Source: Candidatus Staskawiczbacteria bacterium
Lineage (GTDB): Bacteria; Patescibacteriota; Minisyncoccia; Minisyncoccales; Staskawiczbacteraceae
NCBI GenBank assembly: GCA_016866675.1
Contig: VGLO01000001.1
Span: 1-54,099, forward strand
Reading direction: 5' to 3'
DNA length: 54,099 nucleotides
In this document: in pieces, positions 41,857-51,609 of the stretch
Layout: each line of letters starts with the position of its first letter
How positions within the stretch are numbered: position 1 is the stretch's first letter
Position numbers and translations under genes: made by a program
The notes under the pieces: generated by a model
Seen by the model: only the letters and a program-made list of their open reading frames with translations
Databases searched by the model: none
What the model was told of the DNA's origin: nothing

Positions 41857-42146
41857 TTGACAAAATTTATTTTTTAAACTATCATTCCATAAAGAACTAA
41901 AGCGAGGAAAATTGGGAAGTCTTCCATTAAGGCATTTCATGGTGGTGCCGTAAGTATGTCTAGCAAGACTCTCTCTTGGTGCAAGCAAGAAGAGTTAAGC
42001 GAAGTACTGGGAAGGCTACAATCAGCTCCAAAAGAGCAGGACAAAGTCGGATAATTCTCGAGGAACCTCTGCTCCTATCGAGATAAGCCGATGCCAACTA
42101 CCTCGCTAAATCAAAACCCCCAAGACACTTTTGTCTTGGGGGTTTC
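41857..42146 (+). ncRNA. Putative multibranch structured RNA with own promoter and terminator
   Basis: TTGACA-17-TATCAT (41857-41885); closing stem AGCGAGG..TTGG/CCAA..CCTCGCT (41901-42107); terminator 42114-42146; contains a 32-aa ORF at 41956-42054. Confidence 0.55.
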
Positions 42147-42179
42147 TTAAAAAAATAAGTGAAAAGTTACTTGTTTTTT

Positions 42180-43142
42180 TTATTTTTCTGCCACAAATTC
42201 TGTAAATTCTGCGAGTCTACAGCTAAACCCCCACTCGTTATCATACCATCCTACTACTTTTACTAAGTTTCCATTTACCATAGTTAAGTTGGCATCCAAA
42301 ATGGAAGAATAACTATCTCCCTTGAAGTCCGTGGATACTAACTCTTCCTCTTCTACTCGTAGAATGCCCTTGAAATTCTTGGAAGCTGAAGCTTTTTTAA
42401 AAACCTCATTAACCTCCTCAACTGTTGTTTCTTTTTCAACTACAACAATAACATCTAAACTAGAAACTACTGGCGTTGGTACTCTCATAGAAATACCGTC
42501 TAATTTTCCATTGAGCTCAGGAATCATTTTGCCAATAGCTTTTGCTGCTCCGGTTGAAGTTGGAATAATATTAACGGCTGCAGCTCTAGCCCTTCTTAAA
42601 TCCTTGTGAGGTAAATCAAGTATCTTTTGATCATTTGTATAGCTGTGTACGGTTGTCATAAAACCCTTTTGAATCACAAAGTTGTCATTTAATATCTTGG
42701 CAATGGGGGCTAAACAATTAGTAGTACAGCTTCCCATATCAAAAACATCATCCTTTGAAATATCAAAGCTATCAGTGTTTACACCTAAAACATACCCTGC
42801 TGTATCTTTGCATGGTCCTGATATAATCACCTTTTTAGCTCCCGCCTTAATATGCTTTTCTCCTCCCTCCTTGGTTGTAAATAGCCCAGTGCACTCTAGC
42901 ACAATATCAACTTCCATGCTTTTCCAAGGAAGCTTCTCGGGATCTTTTTCTGCAAAAACTTTTTCTGGTAATTTGCCATCATAAAAACCATAGCTTGAGT
43001 CGTGGCGCAATAGATGCAGAAGTGTTTTATCATCAGTCAAATCATTAATTGCAACTACCTCCATATTTGGATGATTTTCAGAAATTCTGCGATATACCTG
43101 CCTGCCTATTCTACCAAATCCATTTATTGCTACTTTAATCAT
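42180..43142 (-). CDS. gap: Glyceraldehyde-3-phosphate dehydrogenase type I
   Basis: INGFGRIGR, SCTTNCLAP, WYDNEWG. Confidence 0.98.
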   Translation of the reverse strand: MIKVAINGFGRIGRQVYRRISENHPNMEVVAINDLTDDKTLLHLLRHDSSYGFYDGKLPEKVFAEKDPEKLPWKSMEVDIVLECTGLFTTKEGGEKHIKAGAKKVIISGPCKDTAGYVLGVNTDSFDISKDDVFDMGSCTTNCLAPIAKILNDNFVIQKGFMTTVHSYTNDQKILDLPHKDLRRARAAAVNIIPTSTGAAKAIGKMIPELNGKLDGISMRVPTPVVSSLDVIVVVEKETTVEEVNEVFKKASASKNFKGILRVEEEELVSTDFKGDSYSSILDANLTMVNGNLVKVVGWYDNEWGFSCRLAEFTEFVAEK

Positions 43143-43144
43143 AT

Positions 43145-43375
43145 TTATTTTAGATTTAATAACTCATCCACTCGCTTCTTATCAAAACCAATAACAACAT
43201 TTCCATCAATGTCTATTACAGGTACTCCCATTTGTCCTGAGATTGCCACCATTTTTTCTAGCTCTTTTTCATCTTTTGAAACATCAATATCTTTGTACTC
43301 AATATTTTTTGACTTTAAGTACTCCATTAAAGAATGACAGTAAACACAAGTTGGTGTTGAATAAATTATTACCAT
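43145..43375 (-). CDS. Glutaredoxin-like (NrdH/YruB) protein
   Basis: YSTPTCVYC, SGQMGVPVI, GFD. Confidence 0.92.
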   Translation of the reverse strand: MVIIYSTPTCVYCHSLMEYLKSKNIEYKDIDVSKDEKELEKMVAISGQMGVPVIDIDGNVVIGFDKKRVDELLNLK

Positions 43376-43377
43376 AT

Positions 43378-44364
43378 TTACTTATTTATAATTTTATCAA
43401 TTTTCTCCTTAAATACTTCAAAGGGAACAGACCCCGAAACCAATTCTCCATTAACAAATGTTGCCGGAGTTCCATCGACTCCTTTTGCAGATCCCTCTGC
43501 CAAATCGTCCTTCACTTTCTTTTCATATTTTGAGGAATCCAAGCAATTGTTAAATTGATTAGCGTTTAACCCAAGTTGTACTGCCCATTGTTTAAACTTT
43601 ACAACACTAAACCCACTTTTTTGATTTGCAAACAGTAAGTCATGATATTCCCAAAACTTTCCTTGCTCTGATGAGCACTCAGAAGCCTCGGCGGCCTTTT
43701 GAGCATTTGGGTGTATATTTGAAAGCGGATAGTGCTTATAAACTAATCTAACTGTATCCTTATATTCAGAAAGAATCCTCTCTATGGTAGGCACATGCCT
43801 TTCGCAAAAAGGACACTCAAAATCAGAAAACTCAACCAATGTCACTGGGGCATTAATATTTCCTTTAATATGATTATCACTAGTTATATTAAATGAAACA
43901 TTTCCTTCCGGCTGAACGCCTGAATTACTAGGTCCTGTCAGTAAATATGCTTGTGGGAAAAATAACTTTCCATCTTTTGTAATATAGCTGTCATAACTAT
44001 TTGTATCAATATTAACCTTAAACTTAATAATTCCGCTTTCCTCTGTTATATTTGAAGCTGTAGCCTTTTGTCCTTGCAATAAATTATTATTTAGGTAATC
44101 AATTGCATTATCTACAGCCTCCTGTCTAGATACTGGGCTAAATGAAAACATTCCACCAGAAGATGAGTTAATAAAAATTAAAACACCTGTAATTATTACA
44201 ACTGCAACAGCAATTGCAATTATTATAAAATTTTTATTAAATCTCATTTTATGTGGCTCAAGCATTTTTGGAGGCTCGTAATTACTCTGGGGTTGAGCTC
44301 TCATTGATTGCTCTGAATCACTGCCTGTCATGTTTCCTGAATTATTTAGTTGATTTTCTTGCAT
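43378..44364 (-). CDS. DsbA/BdbD-family thioredoxin-fold membrane protein
   Basis: EFSDFECPFC, GVDGTPA.FVNG; single TM; start uncertain. Confidence 0.9.
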   Translation of the reverse strand: MQENQLNNSGNMTGSDSEQSMRAQPQSNYEPPKMLEPHKMRFNKNFIIIAIAVAVVIITGVLIFINSSSGGMFSFSPVSRQEAVDNAIDYLNNNLLQGQKATASNITEESGIIKFKVNIDTNSYDSYITKDGKLFFPQAYLLTGPSNSGVQPEGNVSFNITSDNHIKGNINAPVTLVEFSDFECPFCERHVPTIERILSEYKDTVRLVYKHYPLSNIHPNAQKAAEASECSSEQGKFWEYHDLLFANQKSGFSVVKFKQWAVQLGLNANQFNNCLDSSKYEKKVKDDLAEGSAKGVDGTPATFVNGELVSGSVPFEVFKEKIDKIINK

Positions 44365-44431
44365 TATATTTTTTAATCTGCTCAAACATGCAAAACATAT
44401 TTTAACAGAAAAATTTTAATTATTATTAATT

Positions 44432-45097
44432 CTACACCTTGTGATATTTCCCGTCAAATTCATATTTAACCAATCCTGCAAAAGGTATTTCCACCTCGCC
44501 CATTCTTTCTGTGGGAATATTTTCTATACATTTTATAATAGACCTTAATGGATGATGACTTGAAACAACAAGAATATTTTTCCCATTAATCAACTCCTTT
44601 TCAATATATTCTTTAAAAAATGGTACTGTCCTATTATAAACATCCTCCCCACTCTCTCCTTTTGGCGGAGCATCTGTATAGCTTGTTCTCCAAAGCTTCA
44701 CCTGATCTTCTCCATACTTTTTCTTGGTTTCAGCTTTATTTAGTCCTTGAAGCTCACCATAATATCGCTCATTTAACTTTTCAGAAACATAGGTATTCAC
44801 ATCTTTGTCTCCAATATCTTCAAAATTTCCCCATTCTTGCATTTTCCCTCCGTCTAAATTGATAAAAAATGGATATTTTCCATCTTCAAAATTATTGAAA
44901 ATCTCAACAACAGTTTGCATATTTCTCATTAATGGAGAGGTAAACACAATATCAATGGGTTGACCCATGAGTTTTTGAGCAACATCTTTGGATGTTTTTA
45001 AGCTTTCTTTTGCTACTGGTGCATTTGTCCATCCAGCAAAACGATCTTCCATGTTCCATTGTGACTTTAAATGCCTTTGTAAATATAATTTTGCCAT
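44432..45097 (-). CDS. gpmA: Cofactor-dependent phosphoglycerate mutase (divergent)
   Basis: RH..SQWN...F.GW, LNERYYGELQG.NK, PP.GES; RHG altered to RHL. Confidence 0.85.
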   Translation of the reverse strand: MAKLYLQRHLKSQWNMEDRFAGWTNAPVAKESLKTSKDVAQKLMGQPIDIVFTSPLMRNMQTVVEIFNNFEDGKYPFFINLDGGKMQEWGNFEDIGDKDVNTYVSEKLNERYYGELQGLNKAETKKKYGEDQVKLWRTSYTDAPPKGESGEDVYNRTVPFFKEYIEKELINGKNILVVSSHHPLRSIIKCIENIPTERMGEVEIPFAGLVKYEFDGKYHKV

Positions 45098-45099
45098 AG

Positions 45100-46311
45100 T
45101 TAAATTTTTTTACTTAATTCTTGCTCAATCTCCAATAATCTGTCGTACTTTACGATTCTTACATCCTTAGTATAGGCTCCTGACTTTATAAATTCAGCTC
45201 CCACACCAACGGCCAAGTCAGCAATAAAGTTGTCCATGGTTTCTCCTGATCGGTGAGAAACCATAATTTTCCAGCCGTAAGACTTTGCCAAGTTTACCGC
45301 CTCAATTGTTTCAGATACTGTGCCAATTTGATTTAGCTTAATAATAATTCCGTTGGCAGCTTTCTTTGATTCCGCCTCTTTAATCATCTTAATATTTGTT
45401 GTTGTTAAGTCGTCTCCAATAATAACAACTTCAGACAATTCTCTGTGTAATTCTTTAAAACCTTCCCAATCACTTTCGGCAAAAGGGTCTTCAATCGAAA
45501 TAATCGGAAACCTTGAAGATAAATCCTTATAAAACTCAACTAATTCATTTCTTGAAAGCTGTTTTCCTTCTTCTACTTCGTACTTTCCACCTCTAAAAAA
45601 CTCTGAGGCAGCACAATCCATAGCAATTCCCACGTCTTTGTGGTCACCAATTGCGCTTTTAATTAAAAGTAATGCCTGTTCTGCGTTTGCAATTTGTGGC
45701 GCATATCCGCCTTCGTCTCCCATTTCAGGTAAATCCCCTTGTTGCTTTAGCAATTCTGTCAGCTTATTAAAAACATCACTTCCTAACTTTAAATTTTCAA
45801 TAAAAGTCTTTTTTTGAGGAACCACCATAAACTCCTGAAATTCCAATTCGTTTTTAGCGTGAGCTCCCCCGTTTAAAATATTAAAGCTTGGCAGGGGCAT
45901 TGAAATTTTATTTCCTGAAATTTCTGAAATGTGCTTATATAAAGAAATTTTCTTTGCAGCAGCTCCCGCTCGGCAAACAGCCATAGAAACAGGCAAAATA
46001 GCATTTGCTCCAAGTTTTGACTTGTTTTCTGTCCCATCTAAAGCCTGCATTAAGTCATCAATTTCTTTTTGGTTTGAAGGATCTTTGCCAATTAGCTTTG
46101 GCGCAATAATTTTATTTACATTATCAATTGCTTTTGAAACTCCCCTTTTATCATCATCTCGCAATTCCAAGGCTTCGTTGGCTCCTGTTGAAGCCCCTGA
46201 TGGACAAGAAGCCACAAAACTTCCCCTATCTGTTTCTAATTCAACCTCAACGGTTGGCTTTCCTCGTGAATCTTTAATTTCTCGCGCAATAATATTTATA
46301 ATTTTACTCAT
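45100..46311 (-). CDS. eno: Enolase
   Basis: DSRG.PTVE, PSGASTG, GDEGG, SHRSGET. Confidence 0.97.
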   Translation of the reverse strand: MSKIINIIAREIKDSRGKPTVEVELETDRGSFVASCPSGASTGANEALELRDDDKRGVSKAIDNVNKIIAPKLIGKDPSNQKEIDDLMQALDGTENKSKLGANAILPVSMAVCRAGAAAKKISLYKHISEISGNKISMPLPSFNILNGGAHAKNELEFQEFMVVPQKKTFIENLKLGSDVFNKLTELLKQQGDLPEMGDEGGYAPQIANAEQALLLIKSAIGDHKDVGIAMDCAASEFFRGGKYEVEEGKQLSRNELVEFYKDLSSRFPIISIEDPFAESDWEGFKELHRELSEVVIIGDDLTTTNIKMIKEAESKKAANGIIIKLNQIGTVSETIEAVNLAKSYGWKIMVSHRSGETMDNFIADLAVGVGAEFIKSGAYTKDVRIVKYDRLLEIEQELSKKI

Positions 46312-46394
46312 TTTATTTTTTAAACTTTATTTATTTTTCTTAATACCATTTTATATATATTCTTAATGTCTGGTATCAGTGAAAGTTAATGTTG

Positions 46395-47315
46395 CTAACT
46401 AACTTTCCTGATATAATTATATGCACTCAAGGCTGCCAAGGCTCCCTGCCCTGAGGCCATGACAATTTGCTTATATCGGGAAACATTACAATCACCGGCT
46501 GAAAATAATCCTGGAGTTTTTGTTTCCAATGTTTCTGAGTTAAATATTACTTCATTTTTTTCGTTTAAGTCAACAAGATTTCCTAAAAAGTTAGTCGATG
46601 GACTATATCCAATTTCTACAAATACTCCGCTCACATCTATTTTTTTCTCCTTCTTATTTGCTCTATCTTCATAATAAATTGCGCTCACAAACACCTTTCC
46701 TTCAATTTTCGTAACCTGTGCATTGGTAATCACCTCAATATTTGGATTTTTGGCCACCAATTCTTGGTTTTCAGCATCGGCATTGGCTTTTTCGCCATAT
46801 TCCAATACTTTTACGCTTTTTACATAGTTAGACAAAAACACGGCGGTTTCAAAACCATTGTTTCCGCCACCAACTACAGCAACGTCTTTATTTTTAAACA
46901 CTGGACCATCGCATAATGAGCAGTAACTTACCCCTTTTCCGGCAAATTCTTCCTCACCAGGCACATGAATAAGCTTTGATTCTGCCCCAGAAGTAACAAT
47001 TACCGAAATTGCCTTGTATTCCTTATCATCAACTGTTTTTACTGAAAATATATTATCGTTTTTTTCAATTCCCACAACTTCTCCAAGTGTTACAGAAAGG
47101 TCATTAGCCTTTAATTGTTTTTTGTATAAGTCAACCAAATCAGGACCAGAGATTTTTTCAAATCCCGGATAGTTTTCAATATCCACTGCTTTTTTTGCAA
47201 CCTGACCTCCAATATCTTTTGAAAGCATCAGAATACTTAATTTTTGGCGAGTAGCATAAACAGCAGCTGATACGCCAGCTGGTCCAGCTCCAATAATAAT
47301 TAAGTCGTACGTCAT
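46395..47315 (-). CDS. trxB: Thioredoxin reductase family FAD oxidoreductase
   Basis: GAGPAG, GVSYCSLCDG, VVGGGN, GLFSAGD. Confidence 0.9.
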   Translation of the reverse strand: MTYDLIIIGAGPAGVSAAVYATRQKLSILMLSKDIGGQVAKKAVDIENYPGFEKISGPDLVDLYKKQLKANDLSVTLGEVVGIEKNDNIFSVKTVDDKEYKAISVIVTSGAESKLIHVPGEEEFAGKGVSYCSLCDGPVFKNKDVAVVGGGNNGFETAVFLSNYVKSVKVLEYGEKANADAENQELVAKNPNIEVITNAQVTKIEGKVFVSAIYYEDRANKKEKKIDVSGVFVEIGYSPSTNFLGNLVDLNEKNEVIFNSETLETKTPGLFSAGDCNVSRYKQIVMASGQGALAALSAYNYIRKVS

Positions 47316-48328
47316 TTTACTGTATTGATTGGTTTATTTTTACTAAACGATTGAATATTTTCTACCGTAGTTTCTAAAATTCTTTCTAATGCCTCCTTTG
47401 AATTAAAAGCGTTATGCGGAGTAACAATAACATTTTCTCTTTCCATTAAAACGTGGTTTTGTAGCATCGTTTTTACATCACACTTTTGAGGAAAACCTTT
47501 TGTTAATAATTCTCTCTCGTCTTTTATATAGCACTCCTCTTCTAAAACATCTAATCCAGCTCCTGCTAAGGTTCCATCTTCTAAAGCACCAACTAAGGCA
47601 GAAGTTTCAACAAGACCCCCTCTGGCAGTGTTTACCAAATATGAACCTTTTTTAATTAAGACAATATTACTTGAATTTATTAAGTGATGAGTATTTTTAT
47701 TGTAAGGTAAGTGCAGCGTTATAATATCTGAATTTTTAAGTAGATCTTCAAGAGAAACATATTCAAATCCTAGGTTTTTTGCCAATTTTTTGTCTTTTTT
47801 TGCGTCAAAAGCCACAACATTCATTTCAAAGCCTCTTGCAATTCTAGCCACATGGCTTCCAATATGGCCTGTGCCTACAATTCCTAATGTTTTACCTTTT
47901 AAGTCAAAACCCCTTAAACCATCTGGAATAAAGCCGTTTTCTTTGACGCTTTGTATTGATTTGTGAATTTTTCTTGAAAGGTTAAGAATAAGTCCAAAAG
48001 TATGCTCTGCAACCGTATTTTCTCCATAAGTAGGTACGTTAAAAACTAAAATACCATTTTTTTTTGCTTCTTCAATATCAATATTATCAAACCCTGTTGC
48101 TCTTACTGATATCATTTTTAAGCTTGGTAGGTCTCTTAAAACTTCTTTGCTTAACTGAGAGGATGTAAAAATAGAAATAACCTGACAATCTTCAACAAGA
48201 GGCAATATCTCTCTTTCTAAATTTCCCTCAAAAAATTTTAGCTCAAAACCCGTAAAATGACTTCTCATATATTCTTTTTCCCAGTCTTCAATTTCAAAGA
48301 AAGCAATTTTTAATTTATTACTATCCAT
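47312..48328 (-). CDS. D-isomer-specific 2-hydroxyacid (D-lactate-like) dehydrogenase
   Basis: TGFD.ID, VAEH, GTGHIG, NTARG, LDVLEEE, TPHNAF. Confidence 0.9.
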   Translation of the reverse strand: MDSNKLKIAFFEIEDWEKEYMRSHFTGFELKFFEGNLEREILPLVEDCQVISIFTSSQLSKEVLRDLPSLKMISVRATGFDNIDIEEAKKNGILVFNVPTYGENTVAEHTFGLILNLSRKIHKSIQSVKENGFIPDGLRGFDLKGKTLGIVGTGHIGSHVARIARGFEMNVVAFDAKKDKKLAKNLGFEYVSLEDLLKNSDIITLHLPYNKNTHHLINSSNIVLIKKGSYLVNTARGGLVETSALVGALEDGTLAGAGLDVLEEECYIKDERELLTKGFPQKCDVKTMLQNHVLMERENVIVTPHNAFNSKEALERILETTVENIQSFSKNKPINTVK

Positions 48329-48343
48329 ATTTATCGAAAAAAA

Positions 48344-49234
48344 CTATTTAAATGTTTTAATGTAATCCTTAAGATCTTTTCCAAAAACTGGGTCTTTCAA
48401 AGACATATACATAAATGACTTTAGCCACTTTAATTTATCTCCGCATTCTAACCACTCACCCTTTACTTCATAACCGTATACCATCTTTCCATCATTTAAC
48501 ATTTCTTCAAACACTTCTCCTAAAATTATTTCTCCCTTGATTGATGGCTTAGATTTTTTTAAATAGTCAAAAACCTCTGGAGTCAAAACATATTTTCCTA
48601 CTATAACGAAATCTGATTTTATTTGATCTGGCTGTGGCTTTTCTATAATTTTCTTGATTTTATAAAGATTATTTGCAATCTTTTCCACAACAACAGATCC
48701 GTATGCTGGTATTTTTTCTCTCGGAAGCTGTTTTAGGGCAATTACAGGAGCATCACAAGTTTGAAAAATATTTATTAATTGGGCTAAAGCCGGAACACTA
48801 GAGTCAATAATATCGTCCCCAAATGAAACTGCTACAGATTCAGAATGTCCCAATCCCCCCATTTTATATGCTTGCAAAAGGGCGTGTCCGTCTCCTAGTG
48901 GATCTTTTTGAACAGCAAAGGAAAACTTAATTCCCTCGAACGTTGAATCAAAATCTTTTAACTCTTTTAAAATCTTATCCTTTTTTCTCTTTATTAAAAT
49001 TTTTTCTAACTCAGGTGAACCCTTAAAATAATTTAATATCATTTTTTGCTTTGGGCTTATAACAAATACAATCTCTTCAATTCCAGAATTCTTAGCTTCC
49101 TCAACAATATATTGAATAACTGGCTTATCAACCAAAGGCAAAAACTCTTTTGAAATAGCCAAAGACAAAGGTAAAAACCTGGTTCCAAGTCCAGCCACCG
49201 GAATAATCACTTTTTTAATGTTTTGTACATCCAT
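48344..49234 (-). CDS. galU: UTP--glucose-1-phosphate uridylyltransferase-like nucleotidyltransferase
   Basis: IPVAGLGTRFLP, KE.LP.VDKP.IQY.VEEA, LGDGHA. Confidence 0.85.
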   Translation of the reverse strand: MDVQNIKKVIIPVAGLGTRFLPLSLAISKEFLPLVDKPVIQYIVEEAKNSGIEEIVFVISPKQKMILNYFKGSPELEKILIKRKKDKILKELKDFDSTFEGIKFSFAVQKDPLGDGHALLQAYKMGGLGHSESVAVSFGDDIIDSSVPALAQLINIFQTCDAPVIALKQLPREKIPAYGSVVVEKIANNLYKIKKIIEKPQPDQIKSDFVIVGKYVLTPEVFDYLKKSKPSIKGEIILGEVFEEMLNDGKMVYGYEVKGEWLECGDKLKWLKSFMYMSLKDPVFGKDLKDYIKTFK

Positions 49235-49275
49235 GGACAATTTTAGTCTATAAATTTAATTAATCCTAAATTATA

Positions 49276-50709
49276 CTACTTAATTTTTTTAAATCTTAAA
49301 AAAGCTGGTATCTCCCATTCTTCTTCCTGCTTTGACTTAGTTTCACTCTCAAGCTCTTCTGCTTTTTGAATCTCCAAAGCACTTCTTCGTAAATTCTTCT
49401 TTAAGCTTAGTGTTTTTTCAGAAATACTTATCTTTTTTGCTTGAAACTCCTCTGTTTTTAAGTTGGCAAATTCCGGCATAAAGTCAACAGATATTGGTAA
49501 TTTTTCCATATTCTGCTTTTCCTTTTTTGCTTTTTTGAAAGATTTTTGGACTTTCAACTTTAAAGGTTTTGCTTTTCTTACTTTTTCTTTTGAAACTACT
49601 GTCTTTTTAGCTATTTTTTCAGGTTGCCCAGAAAAAGGCATGGGCCCCGTCATAAGTAATGTAGTTTTTATTTTATTTTTAAACTTTGCATTCTTTGATA
49701 TTCCAAAAATAATTTTTGCTTTTGAGTTTTTTTCAGAAATTGCCTTACTAATTTTATCAACCTCAAACATGCTAAGATTTTTACCTCCCTCAATATTAAA
49801 CAAAACTTTTTCTGGCAAGAAATGATCTTGATAAAGCTGGTTATGTAAAACACTGGCGATTACCTTTTCTGCCTTATCTGACCCGGAGGCCTCTGCTGTA
49901 TTTAAAAAGGCCAAATTCCCTCTACCTTGCAATATTGCTCTTAAATCTGCGAAGTCAATGTTTATTAATCCAGGACTCTGTATTAAATCAATTAAGCTCT
50001 CCAATGACTCAATTAAATTCTTATTAACCATTGAAAAGGCTTGGACTATTGGAGTGTTTTCATCTATTACTTTAAAAATTCTCTCATTAGGTATTGTAAT
50101 TGAAACATTAAGCAATCTCCTTAATTCTCTTTGAGCTTTTAAGGCTATTTTATGCTTTCCTGACCCTTCAAACTTAAACGGCAAAGTAAAAATTCCAAAA
50201 GTAATTCCACTAAAGTCTTTGGCTGAATCTAAAAATACTTTTGTTGCGCCAGAACCAAGCCCACCCCCCAAACAAGTAATAAAAATCATAATATCTTGAT
50301 CTTTGAATAAATGGGATATTTTTTCTTTTTCTCTTTGAGCAGCTTCCTCGGCCAGCTCAACATTAAGTCCAGTGCCCAACCCATGTGTTAACTCTTGACC
50401 AAAAATAAAATGCTTGATTCCCTTTTTCTTTTTAAAAGATCTGATATCTGTATCGGCTATCACGAAAGTGGCTTTTTCCAAAGACCTACCTATTTCAGAA
50501 ACAATTGACCCACCCCCTCCACCAATTCCAATAACCTTTATCTTTGGCTTGAAAGTTTCTGCCAAAGTTGGAGAATATTCTTTATTTAATTTATTTTCTT
50601 TTTTTGAATTTTTATTGGACAACTTATTTTTTTTTACAAGTAAAATACTCTTCTCAGGCCCTACTGTTTTTTTTACTTTTGGCATATTAGAGATTTTCTT
50701 TTTTTTCAT
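49276..50709 (-). CDS. ftsZ: FtsZ family GTPase (divergent)
   Basis: IKVIGIGGGG, PF.FEG, IPN, PGLINIDFAD, C-terminal EIPAFLR. Confidence 0.88.
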   Translation of the reverse strand: MKKKKISNMPKVKKTVGPEKSILLVKKNKLSNKNSKKENKLNKEYSPTLAETFKPKIKVIGIGGGGGSIVSEIGRSLEKATFVIADTDIRSFKKKKGIKHFIFGQELTHGLGTGLNVELAEEAAQREKEKISHLFKDQDIMIFITCLGGGLGSGATKVFLDSAKDFSGITFGIFTLPFKFEGSGKHKIALKAQRELRRLLNVSITIPNERIFKVIDENTPIVQAFSMVNKNLIESLESLIDLIQSPGLINIDFADLRAILQGRGNLAFLNTAEASGSDKAEKVIASVLHNQLYQDHFLPEKVLFNIEGGKNLSMFEVDKISKAISEKNSKAKIIFGISKNAKFKNKIKTTLLMTGPMPFSGQPEKIAKKTVVSKEKVRKAKPLKLKVQKSFKKAKKEKQNMEKLPISVDFMPEFANLKTEEFQAKKISISEKTLSLKKNLRRSALEIQKAEELESETKSKQEEEWEIPAFLRFKKIK

Positions 50710-50727
50710 TAAGCTATTCTACCTTAG

Positions 50728-50949
50728 CTATTTTTTAATTTCAATAATCTTTGTTTTGCTCCAATCCCCTGAAATAATTTCTATAAAATATGATTTTGTA
50801 CCAAAGTAATCTGCCAAAATTTTTATTATTGCTGAATTTGCTTTACCATCAACAGGTCGTTCCTTTACATAAACTACATAATTACTCTCATCTATTTTTT
50901 CTACCCTGTTTTCTTTTGAATTGGTTTTTGCCTTAACTATAATTTTCAT
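50728..50949 (-). CDS. DUF167 (YggU) family protein
   Basis: P.DGKAN.A....LA, I.SG..S..K. Confidence 0.88.
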   Translation of the reverse strand: MKIIVKAKTNSKENRVEKIDESNYVVYVKERPVDGKANSAIIKILADYFGTKSYFIEIISGDWSKTKIIEIKK

Positions 50950-51022
50950 ATTGCATTTTAACAATACATTATTAGTGTTTTTATGTAAAACAAAACCGCC
51001 AATTTCATAGCGGTTTCGTAAT

Positions 51023-51361
51023 TTATCTGCAATCCGATGGACAATCTAGGGCACTCTCAATGCAGATGCAATTTAAACTACCATCTTCACACATGCTATT
51101 TTTATCTTGGCAAATACCATCTCCACACTTATCTGAACAAATAATCAACCCCTCTTTAACTTCATTACTAGTTTTTAATTCAATCCCATCAATCCCGACA
51201 TTAGAATCATTTGAGTTGTTTGTTTGATTTTGAGTATTTTTGCTTTCAATAAAATCTAGATTTGTCTCGTTATTCTGAAAGATATAGCTGTATGCCAACA
51301 ACGCACCAATAACCGCTAAAACAATACCAACTATAGATATTAATAAAAATTTTTTATTCAT
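51023..51361 (-). CDS. Membrane-anchored protein with Cys-rich C-terminus
   Basis: N-terminal TM; C...CGDGIC....C......C.C.E....CP.DC. Confidence 0.75.
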   Translation of the reverse strand: MNKKFLLISIVGIVLAVIGALLAYSYIFQNNETNLDFIESKNTQNQTNNSNDSNVGIDGIELKTSNEVKEGLIICSDKCGDGICQDKNSMCEDGSLNCICIESALDCPSDCR

Positions 51362-51570
51362 AGTGGACGAGGAAGGAATCGGACCTTCGACCTCTGTCTT
51401 AGGAGTCTTTGTCTATATATTTCTATATTAACAAATCCTCCATTAATTTGGTGGGCCCAGAAGGAATCGGACCTTCTACCTCTGTCTTATCAGGACAGCG
51501 TTCTACCAATGAACTATGGGCCCACCAAATTAATTTGCAGGACAGCGTTCTACCACTAAACTACGCGCCC
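51361..51570 (-). pseudogene. Split tRNA (Ile-like body): 5' half 51538-51570, 3' half 51361-51401, enclosing the intact tRNA-Ile
   Basis: Halves match the inner tRNA arms but carry their own complementary acceptor strands GGGCGCG/CTCGTCC; CCA changed to CTA. Confidence 0.75.
51449..51523 (-). tRNA. tRNA-Ile(GAT)
   Basis: Cloverleaf, anticodon arm CTGTC-CTGATAA-GACAG, encoded CCA; T-loop TCCGA instead of TTCGA. Confidence 0.93.
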
Positions 51571-51609
51571 AGAACAATTAGAATAATACCAATAAAAATA
51601 AGTTTAGTC

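Noticed and set aside
41890..42110. RNase P RNA, suggested by GAGGAAA
   Set aside because: Not followed by GUCC, and no correctly ordered 3' ACAGAA..CGGC conserved region; tmRNA and SRP hallmarks are also absent
51402..51537. Group I intron in the split tRNA
   Set aside because: Too short once the inner tRNA is removed, no terminal G, no U at the 5' exon end and no P7 core
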